DNA of 64,000 nucleotides from Epithemia pelagica (Eukaryota > Protista > Bacillariophyta). The notes below the pieces were generated by a model. That model was not told the origin of the DNA, ran no database searches, and was given only the letters and a program-made list of their open reading frames with translations. How positions within the stretch are numbered: position 1 is the stretch's first letter; the number at the start of each line of letters is the position of its first letter. The translations under genes and the position numbers were made by a program. Shown here piece by piece: positions 41,902 through 52,637 of the stretch. The DNA is taken from positions 1,054,001-1,118,000 of the forward strand of contig OX337238.1 of the NCBI GenBank assembly GCA_946965045.2, written 5' to 3'.

Positions 41902-44900
41902 CGCCAGGCATCAGTGGTTACTTGTGGGGCCAGGCGTGAGGTGACCACTGACAAGACGGTGGATTGTAGCATAGGAAACATGGGAATCAGCACTGGGAAT
42001 GGGAATGATGTTGCATGCAACGAAATGGATACGATGGCAGACACCTCCTGCGCTGGTGTCAATTGGACACTCATGGAAACAACAGGAATGGAATGCAAGG
42101 TTAGTGACTTTATGGGACAACAGGTAGGAGGTCAATACGTACCGATAGCGACATGTGCCACATGCATCCGAGAGAAAAGTACAGGAGTAGAATACATCTT
42201 AATCGGCCACCAAATGTTGTGGTTTGGTAGCGCACTAAAGAAGACTCTCTTGAATCAAAATCAAATTCGGTATTGTGGGCATGTGGTTCGCGATGACCCC
42301 ACAAGGAAGGAGGACGAAGGATTTGGCATCACGGCCGACGGGTTATATATTCCCTTCGAGATACAGGGGACGACTATTTACTTTGAGTCCCGCGCGCCTA
42401 CCAAGCATGAAATTGAGAATTTACCTGCGGTGACTTTGACGCGTCAAGAGTTATGGGACCCAAAAAGTGTGGATTTGAGCTTACACAATCGTAGCCCGCT
42501 AGATGATGCACGTGAAGAGATCTCACTCGAAATTGGCGCGGTCTTTAGCGCATGCGATCCTGTGGCCGTGGGGCAGCGACTCGACAGTCTCAGATCGGTC
42601 GGCGGTCTCGGCTCGGACCGTCACTCGACCGTTTCACCGGAAAATCTCAGCAAGAAATGGAAGATTGGGTTGGAAACCGCGCGGAAAACCCTCCGCGTCA
42701 CCACCCAACAGGGTATCCGGACAGCTGTCACGCCTATAACGCGACGATATCGTGTTGACAACTTGGCATTGCATCGGAATAGATTGAATAGTCGGTTCTA
42801 TACGGATACGCTTTTCGCTCGGACGACATCACTTTCGGGACACAAATGTGCGCAAGTATTCACGGACGGACAGTACACGGCCGTTTACCCACTCGCTTCC
42901 AAGGCACATGTCGGCCAAGCATTGGCCCGTTTTATTGATGAAGTTGGGGTTCCGGATAGTCTGACGGCGGATTTGGCCGGCGAGCAAACGGGGGCCGCCA
43001 CGCAGTTCACGAAATTAAGCCGCTTCCATCGAATTGACCTCAAATGGGCCGAAAAGGGCACGAGCAAGCAGAACCATCGTGCCGAGCGAGAGATCGGGCT
43101 TCTCAAACAACGATGGCATCGCCGCATGGTTGATTGTCGGGTTCCTCGTCGTCTGTGGGATTATGGGTTGGTTCATGAGTCGGGTGTACTTAGTCGCGTC
43201 GCCCGGGGACATGACAGCCGCAGCGGCATAGAACGACTTACAGGCGAGACACCCGACATCTCGGAGTGGATCGATTTCCAGTTTTTCGATATTGTCTGGT
43301 ATCATGACAACAGAGTGGATCGATTTCCAGTTTTTCGATATTGTCTGGTATCATGACAACACCAAAGCCGATACGTTGGATGAACATCGTCACCTTGGGT
43401 TCTGGCTGGGGATAGCGCATCGAATTGGCAGCGACCTTTGTTATTGGATTCTCACTAAAGCAGGAAAAGTGTTGGCAAGGACAACCGTGCAACATGTGAC
43501 GGAGCAGGAACAGGCGGAACCAGCCATCACGGCAAAGATTCAAGAGTTCCGGTTGATTGTTGAGCAGCGCCTCGACGATACGAATTTTGTGGATTGGGAG
43601 AGCAAGGGACCAGGATTTTTGGAGGACGTAGAGGAACCGGTCGAGGACGACACTCAAGTAAAAGGTGTAATTCCGACGGATGAAGAATACGGGAAGATGA
43701 TCCAGGAACCGAAGCCAGAAGCGGACGACCTTGGCGAGGAGTATGACAACTACTTGGGGGCGCAAATCCAGTTAGACGTTGGCGGTGAAACGTTGCTCGG
43801 GACGGTAGTGAAGAGGAAGAAAGGGTTAGATGGCAAACCAATCGGAACGAGGCACAAGAATCCACTCTTTGACAGTAGAGCTTACGATGTGAGTTTCCCT
43901 GGAGGTGTCATCCAGGAATACACCGCCAATGTCATTGCGGAGTCGCTGTATTCGCAGCTGGATGATCAAGGTCGACAGTTCGCAATCATGAGCGAGATCA
44001 TTGGGCACAGGAAAAACGGGGACGCCGTTGGGAAGGACGACGGTTTCATAGTGTCCAAGAATGGGAACAAGGTACCAAGAAGAACGACGAAAGGGTGGGA
44101 AATTGCGATTGAATGGAAGGATGGGAGTCAGTCATGGATACCGCTTCGGGAAGCAAAGGACGGATACCCCATAGAGTTAGCAGAATATATAGTCGCACAA
44201 GGGTTAGAGCAGGAACCGGCATTCCACTGGTGGGTGCCACGTGTCATGAATCACAAACGAAGGATCATAAACAAGGTCGTTGGGAAAAAGAAGAAGCAGA
44301 AAAAGTATTGGAAACTGACACACAAGTATGGGGTGCGACTGCCACATTCCGTGGAAGAGGCGTTACAGTTTGACAAAGAGACGGGGACGACGTTCTGGCG
44401 GGACGCGATCGCGAAGGAACTAGGAGTCGTGAAGGTGGCCTGGGAGGCTCGTGACGATCTCGTGCTTGCGGAGGTGCGAGCAGGGCGACAGCTAATAGGG
44501 TACACGGAAATCAAGTGCCACATGGTTTTCGATGTGAAGATGGACCTGACGAGAAAAGCCAGATTGGTGGCTGGTGGGCACATGACAGATGCCCCGTCAA
44601 GTCTTACTTATTCGAGCGTTGTGAGTCGCGATTCAATTCGGATAGCGTTTCTAATCGCAGCCTTGAATGACCTAGACGTACTGGCTTGTGACATTGGAAA
44701 TGCCTACCTTAATGCGCCATGTCGCGAGAAGATTTGGTTCCTAGGTGGAGCGGAAGTGGGTTCAGAGTTTCAAGGGAAGGTGTGCGTGATGACAAGAGCG
44801 CTTTACGGGCTAAAATCCTCGGGAGCCAGTTGGCGAGCGACGCTGGTGAGCACTCTCTATGACATGGGATATGTTGATACCAAGGCGGATCCATGTGTCC

Positions 44901-46105
44901 TACGACGGGAACGAAAGCGTGACAATGGGGAACCGTACTATGAGCTGATTTTAGTTTACGTTGATGACATCTTGCTTGTCAGCCACAAGCCTGAACCAGT
45001 GTTTGAGGAGATAGACCGCCATTACAAGATAAAGAAAGGGAGTATCGGACCACCGACCACGTACCTGGGGGCGCAGGTGTACCAACACAACCTGCCCACA
45101 GGGGGAACGGCATGGGGTATGTCCAGCGAGAAGTACGTAAATAACGCGATCAAAGTGGTGGAGCAATTGTTGCTGGAAGACGGGGACGGAAAACATCTCA
45201 AAACAACTGCGCGGGTACCAATCGAAACTTCGTACAAGCCCGAGCTTGATACTTCTGAGGAGCTGGATGATAAGATGAGAGCTCGGTACCAACAGCTGAT
45301 TGGTGTGTTGAGATGGGCGGTCGAGATTGGCCGCGTGGATATCTACTTGGAAGTTTCGATCATGTCACAGTATCTAGCAAATCCGCGGAAGGGACATCTT
45401 GAAGCTGTGTATTGCGTGTTTTCATTCCTCAAATCTCACCCGAAGCTCAAGATGGTATTCGACCCTGTCACAGTGAAGCTAGACGAGAGTTGTTTCGCGC
45501 AGACACCGATCGAAGAGTGGAAAGAGTTTTACGGGGACGTAGCGGAAGAAGTACCAGCAGACATGCCGACACCACTTGGGAATCCGGTGGAAATCACGTG
45601 CTTCGTGGACGCAGATCACGCTGGGAATGTCGTCACGCGTCGATCCCACACAGGCATATTGGTGTTCTTGCAGAACGCTCCGATCCTTTGGTTCTCAAAA
45701 CGCCAAAATACCGTGGAAACATCCAGCTTCGGGAGCGAATTCGTGGCGATGAGAATCGCCAAAGAGTTGATTGTTGGGATGCGGTATAAGTTGCGAATGT
45801 TCGGTGTTCCGGTTGTCGGTCCGGCCAATATTCTCTGTGACAATGGAGGCGTTGTCAAAAATACCAGCATACCTTCATCCATCCTGAGCAAGCGACACAA
45901 CGCCATCAACTATCATTCGGTCCGTGAAGCGGCAGCCGCAGGAATCGTCAGAGTCGGCAAGGAAGACACGGAGACCAACATTGCTGACTTGTTTACCAAG
46001 ATGCTTCCCCAGAGTCGAAGAAATAACTTGATCTCACAGTTCACATATTCATCGGCATTTGGGGACCGGGGACCTCCCTCACAACCGCGGGGGACAACAA
46101 AGTGA
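41902..46105 (+). pseudogene. copia-2 pol (PR-IN-RT-RNaseH), frameshifted by a 49-bp tandem duplication at 43264-43361
   Basis: PR-like EMDTMADTSCAG. IN: YTDTLF, TADLAGE, RAEREIG. RT: CDIGNAYL, LYGLKSSG, YVDD. RH: VDADHAG. Removing one 49-bp copy fuses the 41914 and 43292 ORFs. Confidence 0.93.
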
Positions 46106-46136
46106 ATTCTCGGGGTGAGCTACACTTTGCGGGGAC

Positions 46137-46295
46137 TGTCTTATTCGGGTCGTGGGAACAAAACCCGGATATGGGAAATCTTTGGGGGTTTTACCGTGTA
46201 CATGGTTACTATTTTGGGGATCCTTACATTAGTGGTTTAGCCTTATAATATCTTTTAATTTGCACGTTGAATAAGGTATCGACTGGAACAAGACA
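46137..46295 (+). repeat. copia-2 3' LTR
   Basis: Matches the 5' LTR; preceded by TTTGCGGGGAC. Confidence 0.96.
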
Positions 46296-46460
46296 CCACA
46301 CCTCTACTAAGGGCTGGGTCAACCGACCGGATACGCGTCTTGAAAATGCTAACGGGCCGTATAGGGTTAAGGATTTCATCATAGATTTTCAAATTACACT
46401 CACATCTTCTTTCGCAATGACCATGGTGGTCTTCCGTTGTTGATTGTGAGCCCCGTAGTC

Positions 46461-46541
46461 AAAAGTAACTGCACAAAATATAGTAGAGAGTAAGATTAGT
46501 CTCTTAGGAACACATTGATGCCATTTTGTGCAGTTACTTTT
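46461..46541. repeat. Perfect 19-bp inverted repeat with a 43-bp spacer
   Basis: AAAAGTAACTGCACAAAAT ... ATTTTGTGCAGTTACTTTT. Confidence 0.85.
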
Positions 46542-48486
46542 TCGAAATGAGCTCAGGAATTGACATTTCCAAAACCATCACGAAAACTCTATAACGTAAA
46601 AGTGGTCTTTCCCCTCTTCTTGGCCATTGAGTGTCTTCCAAAGCATGGCTGGTGCATGGTGGGCACCTTATTGTTCATGAGGAGTTGAGATACGAGTATG
46701 TAGCAAATAAGAATAGGCCCAACGAAAGACTTCTACCACGAAAACAGCCTTTTCACACAGTAGACCATACACTACAAAACAAGAAGAAGAAAAAGAGAAA
46801 TGCTGCATTCTGTTGTTGTTTATACCAGGCTTCTAAATTCGAGGCATCGTAGTTTCCGTCGGGCCTTTGTGCAATGTTCATGCGTGCCTTGCCACGCCAA
46901 TTCTTGCAGAACTCTTCGCTTCGTTTAGAGCCGTGGTGATCATGGCGAGTACGAGATTTGCGTCCTCCCTCTGCTCGTCGTCCCTTGACAATCTTCTCAG
47001 GCAGTTGCCCTGCAGTGCCACTAGAAACCAGTTTGTACAAAGTCAAGCTATACAAGAGCAGTTCTTCACATGTCCCGACCAGGTTTCAGGACGTCGATAT
47101 CCTCCCTGACTTTTACTGTACGTGGCATTGACAGGTGGTGCCAAGGAAGGAGTGCAATGCAATTCTTGTGATGTTTGTGGTTTGTTTGTGGATTGTTTGT
47201 GGATGTTTGCTTTCCTTTGCAAATGAGGTCCTGTCGACACATGGTCGGTTTCATCTTCGACTGTGGTTCCCAAATCACTAGCCTTCACAAGAACGACCGA
47301 TCCTGGTGTAGCTTCTTCCCACTCAGCTTCATGTTTCCCCTTGTTTGGCAATTAGTTCAGCTTCTGTGGCTACTGGAATCCTACATCGGCACTGGTGCCG
47401 ACGGTGCGGAAGAGGGCAGGAAGGGACACTTTTGGTTTGGGACCTGTTGACGCAAAAATGAGATTGAATTACACACAGGTTATACAAATAACATGGAAAA
47501 CAATGTAGGACATGACTTGGTTGCTTACCATTGCTCCAAACCAGCCAAAAGGGCCTCTGTTTCGTCGTTTGCTCGTTGATTATTGTGTGCTAACATGCAA
47601 CAAACTGGGCTGTTTTGGAGCAGCGAGCTATCTAAAGCTGCGCTTCCTCCTCCACACCCACCACTCCACATCGCTTTTAATTATAATGAAGAAGAACAGG
47701 AAGCATTATCAGGGTGTGAGAAAGTGAAATAGACAAATAACAACGTAAATGGAGCGGCACAAGCACAATGGTAAAAAATACGGAGCATCTCAGATGGACC
47801 ACTTCATCTCTACCTCCCCTTCGATTCTTCGCACGAAACTTCCACAGCGTATCTATTTCTTAGTTCTTTCGACAATCACGAAGCTTCGACTTCTGTCAGA
47901 GTCTTGATCTGATGAACGGCGGCGTCAAAAGCGGAGCGTCATGGTGAGGTGGTGATTTTCTAATTTATAACTTTAACCCTAGTGAAAAATAAAACGTGCA
48001 GTCCGGGCGATGACCCATCAGCCCTTACCTACTCCTTCTACTAGAGGTACTCGGAGTAAAGTACTAGGAGTAGCTAGCTACTCCTAGAGGGATTGGCTCT
48101 AGCTAGAGACGAACAGAGATCCCTCGGTAGCCTTGGAAGTATTGTGTCGCTTTTAGATCGCGCGTATGCTAAGACAAGACACATGACGTCATGTTCATCC
48201 CTTATCAATTCGTGGAAAAGATATTGTTTGGCGAAGGAAAATGGCCGCCAAACACAATGACGGCGAGAGGAAGGAAAGAAGAAGAAGTGCGCGCGCTACA
48301 ATCGATTTTATTTATGTTTTGAAACAGTGGAATCATCATCATCTTTGAGAGAGACCAGCTATCTACCGCGTCAAATCAAACGGTCTGTGCTTGCTCTGAC
48401 AGAGAAGTGTTCGAGGACCGAGCCATTGTTGCCCGCCGTTTCTGTGTCGACACTCTTTGTCCTTCACATTGAAACGTAGAGCGAGC

Positions 48487-50448
48487 ATGACAACCGAAAG
48501 TCGGATTCCGAGTCCACCTCCTCGGTCATCGGTGGCGGCGGCGGCGGCGGCAAGTCCTTCGACAACCAGCAGAAGCGCAACTGCCGCTCACACCAGTGCA
48601 TCATCTCCTCCTCTTGGACCTAGGAGTAGTACTACTACTACTACCCGAACACCAACGCCCACCAAATTGACCACACCCCGCCCCTCCTTGTTGCCTCAAC
48701 CTAGTCCTAGCAGTATCCGATCCAGTCCAACCAAGTCTCCACCACGATCGGCCCGAAACAGTCACATTCCAGTATCCGTGGCGGCCGTGACACCCCTTTC
48801 CTCCTCCAGCAACAATAACAGCAGCAAGGATAAGACACCTCATGCTGCATCCAGTCAAAATCTCAATAACAATCCCACCAAATCACCCATCCCTGTGGCA
48901 ACCAGTCAAATTCCCTCCTATTTTTCCTCGGAACAAAAACGCAATGACACCTCCAACTTTATACCCGGGTTGGACGACGAGCCACCAACGGCTGCTACGA
49001 CAACGGCAGACGACGACAACAACAACAGCAGTAGCGAAAACAATACAACAAACAATGCCTCCTTGATCCCCATTCCGGGGCCGGACAGTCAAGTCGCTTT
49101 GCCACAGTACGATCCTCAAGACAGTCAGTTGCCGATTTCACCCCGGTTGTTGGCTCAATTGCAATCTCCAGCCTCGTCGACGACCGAAGCACCAAACACA
49201 CCCCAACACGACGACGACAACAACAACAACAATAATAACCCAGATACAGTGTTCGCCAACCAACCAGCCACAACAACAACGGGCGAGAGTCAGTCGACGC
49301 AACATCTCTTGGACAATTTTGAGCGTTTGGAACAACAGGCGGCTACCATGAACAAAGACCCAACGACTGAAGAGTCGACCACCTTCACCAGCGGCCCAGC
49401 TGCTGATACAGCAGTGGCAGATAAGGAGGACGATCCGATGCATGCCGTGGCCGTCACTATGGACGATCAAGAGACCAGCGAGGACAACCCATTGTCTGAC
49501 AATAGAGAGGCAGACGACAAGAACGAAGAAACAGATGACACTGTAGACACGAGCAATCCCATATCCTTGCCCAATGATCACCAAGACGAGAAAAAGAACA
49601 ATGATGACAAGGACGAACCTCCAAATGCAACCACCCTTACAACAGCCGCTAACAGCAAAAGCGACCAAGACATCATGGAGAGTGCCAAACTCGAAACGGA
49701 CAGTTCATCCGCGGTTGTCGAAGCATCCATACCGGTGGAAACCAAGGAGGAATCATCTCTACCGCAACGCGACATGACACGAGAGGAAGATTCAGCAAAG
49801 GAATCTGCAGCCATAGTTCTGCCACCACCGACGAGTAACACCAATGCTTCTACTACTGCAGTATCTGCTGTCGTCGAGCAAGAAGAATCCATGGACTCTG
49901 TTGCTGTAGAGTCTGCGATTGTGGCTCCAACGGCGATCCAATCCACAAACGCGGACATGGTTTCTCCTGCCCCAGAAATGACCACGTCACCTCCTGCAGT
50001 GGTGCAAGAGGCGGTGGTGACATTGGAACCCGTACCAGCTTCGAGCAGCCCTGCTGTGGCCGCCGACGACGGCATGGTACTCGAACCTCCACAGGTAACT
50101 CGTACCTCGTCGTCCCCTCCGGCAGCCTTGGCCCTGCCCACCAGCAAACCCAAGTCCTCTCCGACATCGGCCCGATGTGCTCCCAATGTCACTCCCATTT
50201 CCAAAAAGTATCTGGATCAACAACCAAAGGATACCAAGCCAGAACCTACAACCTCCAAGAGTTCTCCGACAGCAGCCCCAGTCGTATCGAAAAAACAAGG
50301 ACTGGTGGTGAATGCCGCCGCAACCACGGTATCTACGACCAAAATGCCACCGAACCATGTCGCAACACCGGAACCGGTTATTTTACCCGAACCCCAATAT
50401 CCTTCGCCACCTTCCCAGCAAAGCAAGTCGTGTTGTGTCATTTTGTAA
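48487..50448 (+). CDS. Intrinsically disordered S/T/P-rich protein with five SxIP motifs and a C-terminal CCVIL (CaaX) box
   Basis: ~653-aa ORF from ATG 48487 (the track start at 48457 is TTG). SRIP, SHIP, SPIP, SQIP and SLIP fall within the first ~195 aa. Confidence 0.8.
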   Translation: MTTESRIPSPPPRSSVAAAAAASPSTTSRSATAAHTSASSPPLGPRSSTTTTTRTPTPTKLTTPRPSLLPQPSPSSIRSSPTKSPPRSARNSHIPVSVAAVTPLSSSSNNNSSKDKTPHAASSQNLNNNPTKSPIPVATSQIPSYFSSEQKRNDTSNFIPGLDDEPPTAATTTADDDNNNSSSENNTTNNASLIPIPGPDSQVALPQYDPQDSQLPISPRLLAQLQSPASSTTEAPNTPQHDDDNNNNNNNPDTVFANQPATTTTGESQSTQHLLDNFERLEQQAATMNKDPTTEESTTFTSGPAADTAVADKEDDPMHAVAVTMDDQETSEDNPLSDNREADDKNEETDDTVDTSNPISLPNDHQDEKKNNDDKDEPPNATTLTTAANSKSDQDIMESAKLETDSSSAVVEASIPVETKEESSLPQRDMTREEDSAKESAAIVLPPPTSNTNASTTAVSAVVEQEESMDSVAVESAIVAPTAIQSTNADMVSPAPEMTTSPPAVVQEAVVTLEPVPASSSPAVAADDGMVLEPPQVTRTSSSPPAALALPTSKPKSSPTSARCAPNVTPISKKYLDQQPKDTKPEPTTSKSSPTAAPVVSKKQGLVVNAAATTVSTTKMPPNHVATPEPVILPEPQYPSPPSQQSKSCCVIL

Positions 50449-50915
50449 CGACGACAACAAAAACTGATACAACCAAAGGAAATTGATTCCTTGTCGTCGC
50501 GGTGGACACGTGCACACTCTCCAGCAGCAGCAGGAACAGCAAACAGGGAAGTAGGAGTCCAGTCTTTAGAGAGAATGGTCTCGAGTGTAGGACGATATAC
50601 TCAAGTCTTTCTACGTTATAGACATGCATAAGTTAACACATGTTCGTCGTCCGCATTCGAGAGTTGTGTGAACCAACTGTCACGTTGCTATTAGATTTAG
50701 GTGATTTGACGCAAAGAGTGATCACATGAGGACGCCCACAAAAACAAAAGGGTCTGCATCCTGGGATAGGGGTGGGTGTGGTTTCCTAAGTTGGATCCTT
50801 GTGGCTCAGGCCATCTCACACTCAACATCATGTCCTCACAGCACAGACTGCATATAATTGCTTCAGTATATTGCATCCCATTTGTCGTGGTGTTCTTCTT
50901 TTCGTGGTCCTGTCT

Positions 50916-51920
50916 CTATTTATACAAGGCTTGACTAGTAGCGCGGGCCGTATCCCAAAGAAAATCGTGACCACACAGTGCACACCGCATGTGATTGCAT
51001 CCATATCCTTTGGAAACAAGGACATGACACTTGGGGCAATGGGCCCATCCTTCATTGGGTCCAATGCGATCAAAAGGCAAGTCCTGTAGGGCTTGCAAGG
51101 TTTGATGCAATTCGGTTCGAAATTCTCGTTCGACAAAGGGTTGGTGACAGGATTTGCAGACAAAACAGCGAAGATTGTACAAGACTAGTTGGTTGCTGTT
51201 GTTTTTGGCTCGACGAGTAGGACGCCGACGTACAGAGACGGCGAGTTGTGGATCGTGGTGTCGGTAGGTACGAGGATGCTGGCACTGCGGACAATGTGCC
51301 GTCTTGGTTTTGGTACCACCCTTGTGTCCCTTGGCCAATTCCATCAAGCCAAAGTATTTTTGCAATTCTTGGTTGGATTGAATCAAGCCAGGTACGCATG
51401 TCAAGTGGACATGTCGAATGGGTGTACCGCGACAGGCAGGATGAAAGCATTGCAGGGGATAATTGGTGACACTCTGCGAGGCCTCCAAAATGTACCAGTG
51501 TCGCAAACAATCCACGCAAACAGGATCATGACGCGTTTGACAAGTTTGAGTCAAATGAATCAAGGGAGCCGTTTGTTCTTGACAACAAATGGGACAGCAA
51601 TAAGATGGTAATGGTTGAACCTTGTTGTTTGGACTGATGTAAGCTCGCTCATATGTTGTCTTGTCGTTGTCTTGGTCAGTGGAGTCGTAGGACGAGTCGT
51701 CCTCAAAGTCGTAGTCGTACCAGTCGTCTTGGTACCAAATCGACGACGTGCTTTGATCTTGTCGTCGTCGACGTACGGTGGAACGAGAGGTGGTGGTGGC
51801 TCCCGTCCTCGGTTTGGTGGGAGTAGCTCTCGCACCACCTCGCCGAGACAAAGATGATCCACCCCCACGTTGGAGTTTGCGGCTCAGGCCAGTTTGATGT
51901 TTGCAATATCCTCGCGGCAT
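50916..51920 (-). CDS. RBR (RING-between-RING) type E3 ubiquitin ligase-like protein
   Basis: RING1-like CPIC...C..H..VCVDC...C..P.C, a reduced middle Cys cluster, and RING2/Rcat CPKCHVLVSKGYGCNHMRCALCGHDFLW. Confidence 0.85.
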   Translation of the reverse strand: MPRGYCKHQTGLSRKLQRGGGSSLSRRGGARATPTKPRTGATTTSRSTVRRRRQDQSTSSIWYQDDWYDYDFEDDSSYDSTDQDNDKTTYERAYISPNNKVQPLPSYCCPICCQEQTAPLIHLTQTCQTRHDPVCVDCLRHWYILEASQSVTNYPLQCFHPACRGTPIRHVHLTCVPGLIQSNQELQKYFGLMELAKGHKGGTKTKTAHCPQCQHPRTYRHHDPQLAVSVRRRPTRRAKNNSNQLVLYNLRCFVCKSCHQPFVEREFRTELHQTLQALQDLPFDRIGPNEGWAHCPKCHVLVSKGYGCNHMRCALCGHDFLWDTARATSQALYK

Positions 51921-52637
51921 GGAGAAACAGCGATTCTAAGTTCGTTGTGATTGAGTTTGGATGGTTGGTTTTGTGTGACGACGAAAGGATACCAGATAGA
52001 GAGAATCACACAACCATTATTTTCAAACATGGATCATTCCAAACGTCGATACAATCGAGACCCATTCTTTCCAGACGTGCAGTTTGGGAGTCACATTTCA
52101 GCCCACGCGCGTCGGCTACGTAGAGATATGGCCGGCGTGCGTGGAACCTTCCCTTTTGCGCAGCACACCAAGAAGAGATTGGACCAATCACAAGCCGTTA
52201 CACTGGTAAACTGACCAATCAGAAAAGACGAACAGCACTTTTGTACCTTGGCCATGGCGCATGGCGCCGCAACCGAACCCCGCTCATCAAAAGACGACAC
52301 GACGACCAAATCAACTCGTCTCTCTTCCACCCTGAGATTGCTTCAAGAAGAACCTTAGTCGGTTTCTCTTTTGTTTGACACTATCCGTCGATCGATACGG
52401 GTTCCTTTTTTGTTCAAACGTCTTGTTTTGTTCAAGAGTCGTTGTCTCTATCGCTAAGTACGACGACGATAACGGACCTCTCGTTCGTTTTTGACCCCGC
52501 GGGAGTACCAAAAGTCTCGACCAATCGAATCATCCGCAAAGAAGTAAATTACCGAGTTTGTTTCACTCATTGTTTTTGGACAACGACCACAGACAAGCAG
52601 TCATCCAACCCACACAAAATCCAACACGAGGAGAAAC

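Larger units (their letters stand above)
39770..46295 (+). mobile_element. copia-2: Ty1/copia LTR retrotransposon of a second lineage (CoDi6-like), 6526 bp
   Basis: 159-bp LTRs TGTCTT...AAGACA with two mismatches, CCAC on both flanks, gag then PR-IN-RT-RH. The CoDi6 label is from recalled motif style, not a search. Confidence 0.95.

Noticed and set aside
46300-48450. Several 70-100-aa ORFs between copia-2 and the SxIP gene
   Set aside because: Short, overlapping on both strands and without motifs; treated as intergenic or unrecognisable remnants.
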